Shown in pieces: positions 1 to 13,795 of a stretch of 64,000 nt of DNA. The position numbers were made by a program, and so were the translations under genes. Origin of the DNA: Euglena gracilis (Eukaryota); contig CP154954.1 in the NCBI GenBank assembly GCA_039621445.1, positions 62,001-126,000 on the forward strand. Direction: 5' to 3'. The stretch's first letter is position 1. The number at the start of each line of letters is the position of its first letter. The notes under the pieces are model-generated. The model saw only the letters and a program-made list of their open reading frames with translations, was not told where the DNA came from and ran no database searches.

Positions 1-342
1 CTAAAATTTCTCTTAAAAAACTGTACAAGTAAAAAAAAACATACAGCTTAAACATTTAATTTTAAATAAAAATATGTCAAAAGTTTATTCTTTATTAAAA
101 AAAAATCCAAAATAAAACCTATTTACGTTCTACTTGAAAAATTACTAAACTTATTAACAAATTATTGAAAATATTAAGATTAACCAATTAGATTAACCAA
201 TTTTTTAATTAATATGAATAGCCAAAAACATACAATTTAAGGAAAATTTACTTAACTTAAAAAAAACACATAAATAAAATTTTATTTCTTATCTTTTATT
301 TTAACTTATACCTAATAAACTAAAAGCAACTTCGTAACGTAC

Positions 343-364
343 TAATTGATACATCTAATGTCAT
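343..364 (-). CDS. atpE: ATP synthase CF1 epsilon subunit, exon 1 (MTLDVSI); gene continues beyond the window start
   Basis: ATG ACA TTA GAT GTA TCA ATT A just downstream of atpB, followed by intron start GTACG at 342; group II domain V-like hairpin at ~20-50. Confidence 0.8.
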
Positions 365-514
365 TGTAAAAAAATTATAATTTTTCGTAGTCAAACTAAA
401 AAAACAAAGTGGAAACATTATGTTTACTCAACAAAGCATAACTAAATAAATATTAATAAAAGCTTTTTAAGTAAGATATAGTTAAAAATTATTTACAATA
501 CGTCAATAATAATT

Positions 515-3564
<3,050 letters not shown>

Positions 3565-3631
3565 TAAACAAGGCTCAAGGGTTCCTTATAATTAAGAAAT
3601 ACATCGTAAAAATCATAAACACAAAGAATTT

Positions 3632-5709
3632 TTATAAAGGTCCAGAAATGCCTTGTTTACGTATCATTAAAAAATGTCCTAACATAAAAGTAGCTGTTAA
3701 CAAAGGTAAAACAAATGTATGTAAACTATAAAAACGAGTTAAAGTAGACTGTCCCACACTAACACTTCCTCTCAATAACTCAACAATAAAATTTCCAATT
3801 AATGGAATAGCTTCGGGAACACCTGTTACAATTTTAACTGCCCAATAACCAACTTGATCCCAAGGTAAAGAATAACCTGTAACACCAAAAGAAACAGTTA
3901 AAATTGCCAAAATTATACCCGTAACCCAAGTTAACTCTCTAGGTTTTTTAAACCCACCAGTTAAATAAACTCGGCAAACATGTAATATCATCATTAAAAC
4001 CATCATACTAGCGGACCAACGATGAATTGAACGAATAAGCCACCCGAAATTAACTTCATTCATAATATATTTAACAGAAAGAAAAGCTTCTGTAACAGTT
4101 GGACGATAATAAAAAGTCATTGCAAAACCAGTAGCTACTTGAATAATAAAACAAGTAAATGTTATGCCACCAAGACAATAAAAAATGTTTACGTGAGGAG
4201 GAACATATTTACTGCAAAAACTAGTCATTTAAAAAATGATTGTTTTCCAACCCTACAAGATTGAAAAATAACTAATCAAATAATCAAAAGGCTTTTTATA
4301 AAAAAATTATTATTAAAAAATAGTTTTATCGATCTTTATATAAACTTTTAAAAAGTCTCTGAATTATAAAAAATTTATTTAAAATAATAAAAACAACAAA
4401 AAAAAATAAAATCAATAAATATTTAAAAAAATAAAAATAACATTAAATAAAAAAAAAACATATATATTTTAAACAATTTAGAACTTTTTAAACTACTAAT
4501 ATTTTATCATAAACATTTTACTAACCAACAAATCTATAAAATTTCAAATAAAAAAGTATCTATAATTTAAAACATAAAAAATTTTATAAAACAAATTAAA
4601 ATGTAAAAAAAAATTTATTAATAAAAACAATTAATTATCTTAAAATTAAGACTAAATATTTATAAACTAAAGCATTTATTCATTAAGATTTTTGTAAATA
4701 AATAATCATAATCTAGAATTGAAAAATAATAATACAAACCAAATCGCACTAACATCGTCAGCAATCGCTTGAATCTCCAATCTTTCCTCGTACAGGTAAG
4801 CAAGCTCCCTTAAAAACAAAACAAGATATAGATAATCATTTTGCTTTATAATTCTTAAAAACGAATACCAGTTAAAATTCCATATTAACAAATACAACAA
4901 ATCGCAATTAAAATAAGAATTTTATTGAATTTTTTCCTACCTTAATAAAACCGTTTAATAGAATCCTAAATATTAAAATTTTGTAAAAATATAAAAGAAA
5001 TGATATTCAAATTATTATATCTTAAAAAATTAATTCAGAGAAGCTACAACTTAGAAAAACACAACTACAATTATTTAAAATGAATTAAAGTATAACTTTA
5101 TTATAATACTTTATTCGCAAACTGAAAAAATATTACTACATATACACAGCTTTTGTCAAAACTAAAATTATCTAAAATTAGATAAGCGATCTTTATAACT
5201 CGTAACAAAAATAAAAATTTTTATTTTCTTTTGAAACTTACAGGTAATTTTAAATATTGATTCTTTTAAGAAATAACATTTAATTTAATAAAAATTAAAA
5301 TATATAAAAAATATTATGTATTTCCAATTATTTTTAATCAATATTTAAACTTAGATTAAAATAGTACTTAGAAATTTTTATTAAATTTTTGATTCAAATT
5401 ATAATATCCTAAAACAAAAACATAAAACTTTAAGTTAACCCTTTTTTTAATAGTAAAAATTATACTGTAACAAACAAAGTTTTTTCCATTACCGAAAAAG
5501 TTTAACAAGCAAAAAATTTGCTATTTAACATACAAATGCTAAATTACGGAGCAATAAAATAATTAAAATTTTATAAATAACTTTCTAAATTTATATGAAA
5601 TTAGGCTTCAAACTATCAAATAGCTAAAAAACGCTAAGTAAAAATCTTCAGGAATTATAACCTAATATGCTAAATTCGGTCCGCACAACCAATCGTAAAC
5701 TCGACTCAT
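3632..5709 (-). CDS. petB: Cytochrome b6, 3 exons (~5709-5687, 4790-4750, 4215-3632)
   Basis: MSRVYDW / [13 protein letters not shown] / [13 protein letters not shown]...RKQGISGPL; both introns begin GTGCG. Confidence 0.97.
4791..5686 (-). other. petB intron 1, ~0.9 kb composite intron (twintron)
   Basis: Internal domain V/VI-like end at ~5152-5084 and a group III-like TTGCG start at ~4907 inside an intron starting GTGCG. Confidence 0.65.
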
Positions 5710-5955
5710 AAAAAGAGAAACTTATCAAACAAGAATTAAAATTTCAAGTATGCATTATAAAGATAAAAGAATTCATTATACCTAACTTCATGCAATATAA
5801 ATACACAAAAAATTTTATATTAAAAACTTAAAATTCTCAAATATATACGAATATAAATAAAACACATTAAATCAAAACCAACAATTTTCGAATTGGAATA
5901 AAAATTCTTTAATTTTAAAAAGTCAGCCAAAAATAATATACTAAAATAAAAGTAA

Positions 5956-6102
5956 TATAAATTTTTATTTAAAATAATATCATTTTTATCAACTATTTTT
6001 TTAGGTTTTTTTATTATAAGTACAACAATATACTCAATTTACATGGGATTTGGTCCAATGTCAAGAAAACTTAAAGATCCTTTTGAAGAACATGAAAATT
6101 AA
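5956..6102 (+). CDS. psbN: PsbN; no start codon visible (probable sequence error)
   Basis: In-frame SFLSTIFLGFFIISTTIYSIYMGFGPMSRKLKDPFEEHEN*; diagnostic DPFEEHE; directly upstream of psbH. Confidence 0.85.
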   Translation, partial: YKFLFKIISFLSTIFLGFFIISTTIYSIYMGFGPMSRKLKDPFEEHEN

Positions 6103-6153
6103 AATAAAATAGGTAATTTCAAAAGAAAGTTAAAAATTATTAAATTTAATATT

Positions 6154-6366
6154 ATGACAACTATTTCAAAAAACAAAACATCAAATTCTAAAGGTAAAAC
6201 AACTACTTTAGGAACAATATTAAAACCTTTAAATTCTAAATATGGAAAAGTTCTTCCTGGCTGGGGGACAGCTGGAATAATGTTAATTTTTATGACTTTA
6301 TTCGCAATTTTTTTAACAATAATTTTAGAAATATACAACTCTTCAGTAATTCTTGACATTAAATAA
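6154..6366 (+). CDS. psbH: Photosystem II phosphoprotein PsbH
   Basis: [23 protein letters not shown]...[12 protein letters not shown]. Confidence 0.96.
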   Translation: MTTISKNKTSNSKGKTTTLGTILKPLNSKYGKVLPGWGTAGIMLIFMTLFAIFLTIILEIYNSSVILDIK

Positions 6367-6440
6367 AATGAAATAAATAACAAATTAAAACTGTTGTGAA
6401 AATTTCATTTTATTTATTTTTTATTTCTTTTTCTTTTTAA

Positions 6441-6476
6441 AATTTTTATTAACTTTTTTATAAGTTAATAAAAATT
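6441..6476. terminator. Perfect 15-bp inverted repeat between convergent psbH and psbT (3' stem-loop / bidirectional terminator)
   Basis: aatttttattaactt-ttttat-aagttaataaaaatt. Confidence 0.6.
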
Positions 6477-6511
6477 AAATCACATCGAAAATTGAAAGAT
6501 AATAAGAATAA

Positions 6512-7961
6512 TTATTTATTAATACGTGGAGATTCACGGAAAAAAATAGCAAAAAAAATAACGCCTAAAGTACCTATCAATAGTTAAGTAAGGAAACCCT
6601 CCTAAAAGAACTTTACAAGTATTATACTATTACACAAAGCTCAAATATAAATTTTTAAAATAAAATAATATTAACAACTATTCTAGTAGTTAAAATCCTC
6701 ATATATTTTAAATATATATAATACGTTTTATAAACTTCAAAAATATTTATGAAAATTAAAAATTATATAAAACTCAATGTAAAAAAAAAGACTAAAAATA
6801 AAAAATAATTGTCACCAAACTATGCTTGATATGTATATCACAAAGCTTTATAAATACACTAGAAATTTCTAAAAAAATAAAATTAATATAATTCGTATTG
6901 AAGAAAAATTACATATTTAAACAATTATAATTGATTTCGTTGAAAAAAATGAAAAAAACACTAATAAAGATTAAGTAATTACAGTAAAATAAAAATATAC
7001 TAAAAGACCTAACAGAACTGCATTAAAAAGGAAAACGACTACAGTAAAAAAATAATTTACAAAAAATACAAATTTTTCATAAATTTTATTGAAACTTCAA
7101 AATTTCAAAACATATCAATATTATCAACAAAAAAAAGCAATAAAATAATATTTACAACAAAAAATAATCAATCCAAAAAAAATCATCCTTAATTAAAATA
7201 AAAACAGTAAAATAAAATATAAGATAAAAAAAATTCCCTAAAGAACCGGACAAGCTAATTCCTAAGCATCTGGCTCACCCAAAAAACTAAAATCATCAAA
7301 AGAATAAAGATAAAAAATCTTTACCCGCCTGAAATGATATCGTGGACAATCCAAGATTAATAAAAAATTATCGATCAATTAAAATAACCATAAAAGTAAT
7401 TATATGATACCTTTAATAAAAATTATAATTTTCAGAAATCGTTTCTATCCCAAATCATCTTAATAAAAATTAATTCAAAAATAAAAGAATTAAATGTAAT
7501 TACAATTTCCTCGACAAAAAGATATAACAACCGTGTAAAAGAACAAAAAAAAAAAAAGCACTTAAAAATAATTATTACATTAAAATATCGAAATTAAAAA
7601 TTACAAAATAGTAAAAATTTCCTTTTCTACTAAATTAAAATAAAAAAAATACGAAAAAATCAAATCAAAATAATAAAATATAAATTCACTACCAAACTAT
7701 AAAATCTATAAAATTAGTTTTAATTGCTTAAAGTATAAAAACTCCATAAATTAAGTAAAGTAATATGCAAAAAAAAAAAATTAAAAACATATAATCTTGT
7801 TTTGTCCTAGGTAAACCGCACAAAAATATACCCCACAAAAAATTTAATAAAGGCGTTTATGAAAAGTCTTAATCCACCCTTTTATTAATTTAAATTTAAT
7901 TACCTAAAGTAAAAAGAATACAACTTCGTAGCACACAGAATGTATAAACTAAAGCTTCCAT
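6512..7961 (-). CDS. psbT: Photosystem II PsbT (ycf8), exons 7961-7937 and 6582-6512
   Basis: Spliced product [31 protein letters not shown]; intron GTGTGC...TTAAC. Confidence 0.93.
6583..7936 (-). other. psbT intron, complex group II twintron (~1.35 kb)
   Basis: Three domain V-like hairpins (~7276-7245, 6849-6817, 6642-6608) and an internal GTGCG start at 7821. Confidence 0.8.
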
Positions 7962-8024
7962 AAAAATAAAAAATTTTCACAACTTTGCACATTTCCTAAA
8001 ACAAATTTACTAATTAAATAATAA

Positions 8025-11000
8025 TTAAACTAATTCTTTCTTAGTTGTATCATCACCTAATTTTTCAAAAGTACCAAATTCAATCTCTTCCTCCAAATCA
8101 GGGTCAATACCAGCAAGCAAATATTTAAATAAAGTTCTTGCCCCATGCCAAATATGCCCAAAAAAGAAAAATAAAGAAAAAGACAAATGACCAAAAGTAA
8201 ACCAGCCTCTTGGACTACTTCTAAAAACACCATCAGACTGTAAAATAGAACGATTAAAGTCAAAAATTTCTCCAAGCTGAGCACGTCGTGCATATCTTTT
8301 CACAGTAGCAGGATCATTAAAACTTAAAGTATCGAAACTACCACCGAAGAAACGAACAGTAACGCCTACTTGTTCAATACTATATTTAGACTCAGCACGA
8401 CGAAACGGAATATCGGCACGAACAACACCATTTTGATCTAATAATATTACTGGAAACGTTTCAAAAAAAGTAGGCATACGACGAACAAACAATGAATTAC
8501 CTTCCTTATCAATAAATACTGCATGACCTAACCATGCAGTCGCTATACCATCACCATTATTCATAGGACCAGAACGAAATAATCCACCTTTTGCTGGATT
8601 ATTCCCAATATAATCATAAAAAGCTAACTTAGGCGAAATAGCACCCCAAGCTTCTGACAAAGAACAACCATCAGATAAACTAGCTTGAACACGTCTTTCT
8701 ATTTCTTCCTGAAAATAACCTTTATCCCATTGGTATCGAGTAGGACCAAATAGCTCAATAGGTGTAGAAGCAGAACCGTACCACATAGTGCCTGAAACAA
8801 CAAATGCAGACCAAAAAACCGCAGCTATACTACTAGAAAGAACAGTTTCAATATTCCCCATACGTAAAAGTACAAACAAGCGTTGAGAAGGGCGAACTAA
8901 AACATGAAATCCACCAGCAATAAGTCCTAAAAGACCTGCAGCAATATGATGCCTTGATAGAAAATAAATTATTATATTTCCTCAAAAAAACCGTGCATGC
9001 AAAATAAAAATGCACACGGCTTTAATTAATAATAAAATTATTAATCAATTTTTCCTAATACTAAATTTAGGACAAATTTTAAAGATTTAAAAATACCTAA
9101 ACAAATAAGTTATTTTAAATCTTTAACTCAACTTTTTTTACAAAATATTCGTAAATACTAAACTTAGGAAAAAATTTCGAATCAAAGTGTAAAAAAAAAT
9201 TTTGGAAAAAAATACAATTAATTAGTTATTATTTTCATACACAAAAAATAAAAATTACAATAACAAAATAAAATAAAATAAATTTTATGCTTCTTTAACA
9301 GCCAAACTCTCACAAAACTGTAAAAAAAGTTTTTATCAAGAATATTAATAAACTGCAAATATTATTGCAAAAAATATAACTAACCTAAAACAAAAATGGC
9401 TATTTAGTAAAAAAATCTACCTGGCTTTTTATTACTAAAAATTAAAAATTGAATAAAAGGTATTAAAGTAAGAAAAAGTTAAAAACTTTTAACTCATAAG
9501 TATGAACTTTTACAACTCGCAAAGAAGCAATTCCACCTACATTATACGGATCAAAACCTTCAGCACCCCAAGAAGGAATAACAGGTTCAATTTGCAAGAA
9601 TAGATTAAAAATCTTTCATCCGAAATTAAATATGAAATTTTTAAATCATTTAACTACTCACTTATAAAGTACTTGTATTTTAACAAATACTTATATATCA
9701 AAATATAATTTTGATACTTTTATAAGTGTGATTTAAGTCAATAAAAATTAATAAAAAATTTTTCCGTTTAAATCATCCCCTCTAAAAAAGTTAAAAATAG
9801 ACATATCAAAAAATGTCAAAGATAGAAACTAAATTATTTCGTTGCTTTTTGTTGCTAAATGAAATTCTTGAGGACACACTTATCCACAATTTTGCTAAAA
9901 AATTAATCTTATTAGAAGAAAAATTAAAAATTATACAAAATTTAATTAGAAAATATCAAACTATGGCATAGCCAATATTTAGATTATCTATACAAAAATC
10001 GTGCATTCTTTACAGTTAAAAAATTAAATAAGTTATCGTTCTTATTGATAACGCAATAATTTCAATAAAATAAAATGTTTTTCACCTAATTGAACAAAAA
10101 TTTCATAAAAAATCTCTTAACGATATAAAATTATTAAAAGAACATTAAAAACGAATCGCACTCCCACTTAAACCATAAGGATCAGAAACCCAAATACCAG
10201 GACCAAAAACACCCGTAACATGGAAAACTCCAAAAGCTAAAAATAATGCTCCAGACAAGAATAAATGAACTCCAAATACTCTAGGTAAATCTAACTTTAA
10301 CTCACCACTAGCTGGATCACGAAATAAATCAAGGTCCCAATAAACCCAATGCCAAATAGCAGCTAAAAATAAAAGACCCGATAAAATTATATGTGCTACC
10401 GCTACACCTTCGTAACTCCAAATTCCTGGATCCGAAAAAGATTCCCCTGTAACACTCCAAGCACCCCAATATTTTGTTACCCCTAAACGTGTCATAAAAG
10501 GAAGAACAAACATTCCTTGGCGCCACATTTAGCGCAACATCAGAAGGATCAAAAATAGCAAGTTCATATAAGGCCATAGATCCAGCCCATCCTGAAACTA
10601 ATGCAGTATGCATTAAATGAACAGAAATCAAACGACCTGGATCATTAAGAACAACAGTATGTAAAACAAATATTTTTAAAAATTTTAAAAAAAAAAAAAA
10701 AAATAAACTATAAGGAAATTTTTAAAACTATAAATATCATTTATAAGTAAAAAACTAAAAATCACAACACGATACCAAGGCAGGTAAAATCAACTTTAAT
10801 AATTAAAAAGTTTTTTATCCGAAACCGTACTTGTTAATTCAATAACATACGGCTACTCAATTATATAATCTTAAAAGATTAGAAAACGCAAAAAATACTT
10901 AAAATAACTTAGATATAATTCTGATTAAAAAATCATCCTTATAAAATTTAATATATATTTTTCGTTTTTTTTATCCGCTTTATTATTCTTTTAATGAAAT

Positions 11001-11291
11001 GATCATTCATTTATTAATAACAAAAATAAATTAGAGGAATAAATAAATTATTTTTTAATAAAACATGGAAACAAATAACAAAAACTACAAAATGATCGTA
11101 TAAACATTTCCTACTAAAGTTCCAAATTATTTTTCTTTATAAACATAAGAAAATTTAAAGATAAAAAAATTCTTTCGATAATAAAAACTAAACTACTAAA
11201 ATATCGGAAAATTAAGAGTAAAAATTTAATTTACATGGACAAAAAATTTTTTTAAAAATAAGATCCAAATTTTACGAATCGCACATCCCAT
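8025..11291 (-). CDS. psbB: Photosystem II CP47, 5 exons (~11291-11285, 10782-10768, 10663-10162, 9593-9523, 8951-8025); apparent 5-nt deletion near 10528
   Basis: [27 protein letters not shown]..., [20 protein letters not shown]; three group II introns plus a 104-nt group III intron (10767-10664). Confidence 0.96.
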
Positions 11292-11351
11292 AGTATATTA
11301 AAAATATCATAAAAATTAAAAATTAACTTTCTATAAAGACAAAAAGTTAAA

Positions 11352-11424
11352 AGCGGGTAACGTGATTCGAACACGCGACATTGGACTTGGAAGGACCACG
11401 CTCTACCAACTGAGCTATACCCGC
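11352..11424 (-). tRNA. trnG: tRNA-Gly(UCC)
   Basis: Cloverleaf GCGGGTATAGCTCAGTTGGTAGAGC...TTCGAA; anticodon TCC. Confidence 0.95.
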
Positions 11425-11430
11425 ATAAAT

Positions 11431-11503
11431 TACCCCCAGGGGAATTCGAATCCCCGTTGCCTCCGTGAAAGGGAGATGTCCTAGGCCTCTAGACGATGGG
11501 GGC
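11431..11503 (-). tRNA. trnE: tRNA-Glu(UUC)
   Basis: GCCCCCATCGTCTAGAGGCC...; anticodon TTC. Confidence 0.95.
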
Positions 11504-11530
11504 AAATTTAAGATAAAGAAAAAAAATAAA

Positions 11531-11603
11531 CGCGCTCTGTAGGATTCGAACCTACTACATCAGGTTTTGGAGACCTACGTTCTACCAATTGAACTAAAAG
11601 CGC
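11531..11603 (-). tRNA. trnW: tRNA-Trp(CCA)
   Basis: GCGCTTTTAGTTCAATTGGTAGAACGTAGGTCTCCAAAACC... Confidence 0.95.
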
Positions 11604-11607
11604 AGTT

Positions 11608-11679
11608 TGGCTCAGACAAGATTTGAACCTGTGACCAAGGGCTTATGAATCCCCTGCTCTACCTCTGAGCTACTGAGCC
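11608..11679 (-). tRNA. trnM: tRNA-Met(CAU)
   Basis: GGCTCAGTAGCTCAGAGG...; anticodon CAT. Confidence 0.92.
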
Positions 11680-11694
11680 TAAAAATTAATAGAT

Positions 11695-11767
11695 GGTGAA
11701 TGACGGGGATCGAACCCGCGAATGAAGGAGTCACAGTCCTTTGCCTTACCACTTGGCTACACCCACC
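11695..11767 (-). tRNA. trnH: tRNA-His(GUG)
   Basis: GGTGGGTGTAGCCAAGTGGTAAGGC...; anticodon GTG. Confidence 0.94.
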
Positions 11768-11831
11768 TATAAAAAATATAATAAAAATTTATTATAACTC
11801 GAAAACTGTCTGATTAAATATAAAAATATTT

Positions 11832-11913
11832 TGAGTCGTGCTGGATTCGAACCAGCGAAAGATGAACTAGCGGATTTACAATCCGCCCCCATTAACCACT
11901 CGGGCAACAACTC
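11832..11913 (-). tRNA. trnY: tRNA-Tyr(GUA)
   Basis: GAGTTGTTGCCCGAGTGGTTAATGGG...; anticodon GTA; long variable arm. Confidence 0.94.
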
Positions 11914-11989
11914 GCAATTAGATGTTAAACAACAAAAACAATTAACATAGAAAAAGTTATTTAAGATCAAAAAAAATATAGATAAAACT

Positions 11990-12607
11990 ATGTCAAGATA
12001 TAGAGGACCACGATTGCGAATAGTTCGTAGAATAGGAAAACTTCCAAGTCTTACAAATAAAACATCAAAGAAAAGAAAATCCCCAGGGCAACCAGCAACA
12101 TCCTTTAAAAGGAAAAAAAAAATATCAAAATATAACATAAGATTAAAAGAAAAACAAAAACTGCGATTTAACTACGGAATAACCGAAAGACAACTTCTAA
12201 ATTATGTAAAAAAATCTAGGAAAAAAAAAGGATCATCCGGAAGATTTTTGCTAACTTTTTTGGAAATGAGATTAGATAATATTGTACATCGAATAGGTTT
12301 TGCACCTACAATAATGGCTGCAAAACAACTAATAAATCATGGTCACATTTGTGTAGATGACAAAGTTATCAATATACCTAGTTTTATTTGCCAACCAAAA
12401 AGTATTATAAAACCTAAAAAAAGTACTGTATCAGAAAATGTCATACAAAAAAACATAGAATCTAAAGAATTACTATTAATACCACCACATTTAAAAAAAA
12501 AAAAAAAAAACTTAGAAGCAAAAATTATTGGTTTAATCAATAGAAAAGCGATATCGTTAATAGTTAATGAACTTTTAGTAATCGAATTCTATTCACGCAA
12601 GGTCTAA
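11990..12607 (+). CDS. rps4: Ribosomal protein S4
   Basis: MSRYRGPRLRIVRR, LKEKQKLRFNYG, LEMRLDN, EFYSR. Confidence 0.98.
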   Translation: MSRYRGPRLRIVRRIGKLPSLTNKTSKKRKSPGQPATSFKRKKKISKYNIRLKEKQKLRFNYGITERQLLNYVKKSRKKKGSSGRFLLTFLEMRLDNIVHRIGFAPTIMAAKQLINHGHICVDDKVINIPSFICQPKSIIKPKKSTVSENVIQKNIESKELLLIPPHLKKKKKNLEAKIIGLINRKAISLIVNELLVIEFYSRKV

Positions 12608-12631
12608 TTATAAATTAATTTATAGGGAAAA

Positions 12632-12726
12632 TTGTGAATAATATAAAAAATGAAATAAATATTAAAAACTCAAGGAAATCATGCTTTTTGCAAATTTTGT
12701 TCTTAAAAAGAAATATTTATTTATAA
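12632..12726 (+). other. Intercistronic group III intron between rps4 and rps11 (boundaries approximate)
   Basis: TTGTG (NUNNG) start right after an AGGGA SD-like motif; ~95 nt AT-rich; ends just before the rps11 ATG; known feature of E. gracilis. Confidence 0.6.
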
Positions 12727-12730
12727 AAAA

Positions 12731-13327
12731 ATGATAAAACAAAAAAAAAAAATAATAAAAAAAAAAAAAAAAAAATTTCCAAAAGGAATTGTCCATATTA
12801 TGGGATTAAACTTACATGCAATCAAAAATTAATAGTATATAATGTAATATAAAGTTATTATAATTTTTATCTTTAAAAAAAAGCATTTAAAAATCAATAT
12901 CTTAAAAAAACAACTTATAATAATGAAGCGATTTAATATTAAAAAAATTATACAAAAAATCATCACAATAAAACTAAAAAAAATTTTCCTTTATATTAAA
13001 TAATAGAAAATACATCTAATTAAATTCTTAGTTTCGGTAAGTGATCCAAAAGGAAATGTAATCGCTTGGTCATCTTCAGGAGCATGCGGTTTTAAAAGCT
13101 CGAAAAAGGCTACACCGTTAGCTACAAAGACAACTACTGCAATTGCCGTTAAGAAAGCTATAGAACAAGGACTTCAAAAAGTTGAGATAAACATTAGTGG
13201 ACCTGGAACCGGACGAGAAACAGCTTTAAAATGCGTACAAAGTTTAGGTCTACGCATAAGTTGCATAAGAGATGTCACTCCCTTACAACATAATGGATGT
13301 CGACCTAGCAAGAGACGTAGAATATAA
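12731..13327 (+). CDS. rps11: Ribosomal protein S11, 3 exons (~12731-12799, 12907-12924, 13025-13327), two group III introns (~107 and ~100 nt)
   Basis: KGIVHI / KTTYNN / FLVSVSDPKGNVIAWSSSGACGFK...GPGTGRE...DVTPLxHNGCRP. Confidence 0.93.
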
Positions 13328-13398
13328 AATAACAAAATTTATTTAACACGTTTTAAAATAAATAAAAAACAATATTAACATTTATTAATATTGATAAA

Positions 13399-13482
13399 GC
13401 AGGCATGGCGGAATTTGGTAGACGCGCAGGATTTAGGTTCCTGTGTCTTTATGATGTGAGAGTTCGAGTCTCTCTGCCTGTA
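13399..13482 (+). tRNA. trnL: tRNA-Leu(UAG)
   Basis: GCAGGCATGGCGGAATTTGGTAGACGC; anticodon TAG; long variable arm. Confidence 0.94.
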
Positions 13483-13527
13483 TTAAAAATTAAATGATCA
13501 TAAAAAATAACGAAATTACTAATCAAT

Positions 13528-13601
13528 CGGGCAAGAAGGGATTCGAACCCCTGACTCCGTAGTTCGTAGCCACGTGCTCTAGTCCACTGAGCTACAAGCC
13601 C
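13528..13601 (-). tRNA. trnR: tRNA-Arg(ACG)
   Basis: GGGCTTGTAGCTCAGTGG...; anticodon ACG. Confidence 0.95.
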
Positions 13602-13604
13602 TTA

Positions 13605-13676
13605 CTCCTTAAGTAGGATTCGAACCTACGACCGATCGGTTAACAGCCGATTGCTCTACCACTGAGCTATTAAGGA
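13605..13676 (-). tRNA. trnN: tRNA-Asn(GUU)
   Basis: TCCTTAATAGCTCAGTGGTAGAGC...; anticodon GTT. Confidence 0.95.
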
Positions 13677-13692
13677 TAAAGTAAATAACCTT

Positions 13693-13765
13693 TGAGGGCA
13701 AACGGATTCGAACCGCTGACATTCTGCTTGTAAGGCAGACGCTCTACCAACTGAGCTATACCCCC
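13693..13765 (-). tRNA. trnV: tRNA-Val(UAC)
   Basis: GGGGGTATAGCTCAGTTGG...; anticodon TAC. Confidence 0.95.
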
Positions 13766-13795
13766 AGTTACTCAAATTATAGTAAATTTTGCTAA

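Noticed and set aside
5950..5985. psbN lacking ATG (non-canonical start?)
   Set aside because: The region looks G-depleted like other low-quality patches; cannot be distinguished from error
10520..10535. psbB frameshift (LNPMW reads ctaaatgtgg)
   Set aside because: Loss of ~5 nt between short AAT repeats in an essential gene within an error-rich contig; most likely a consensus error, not a pseudogene or programmed frameshift
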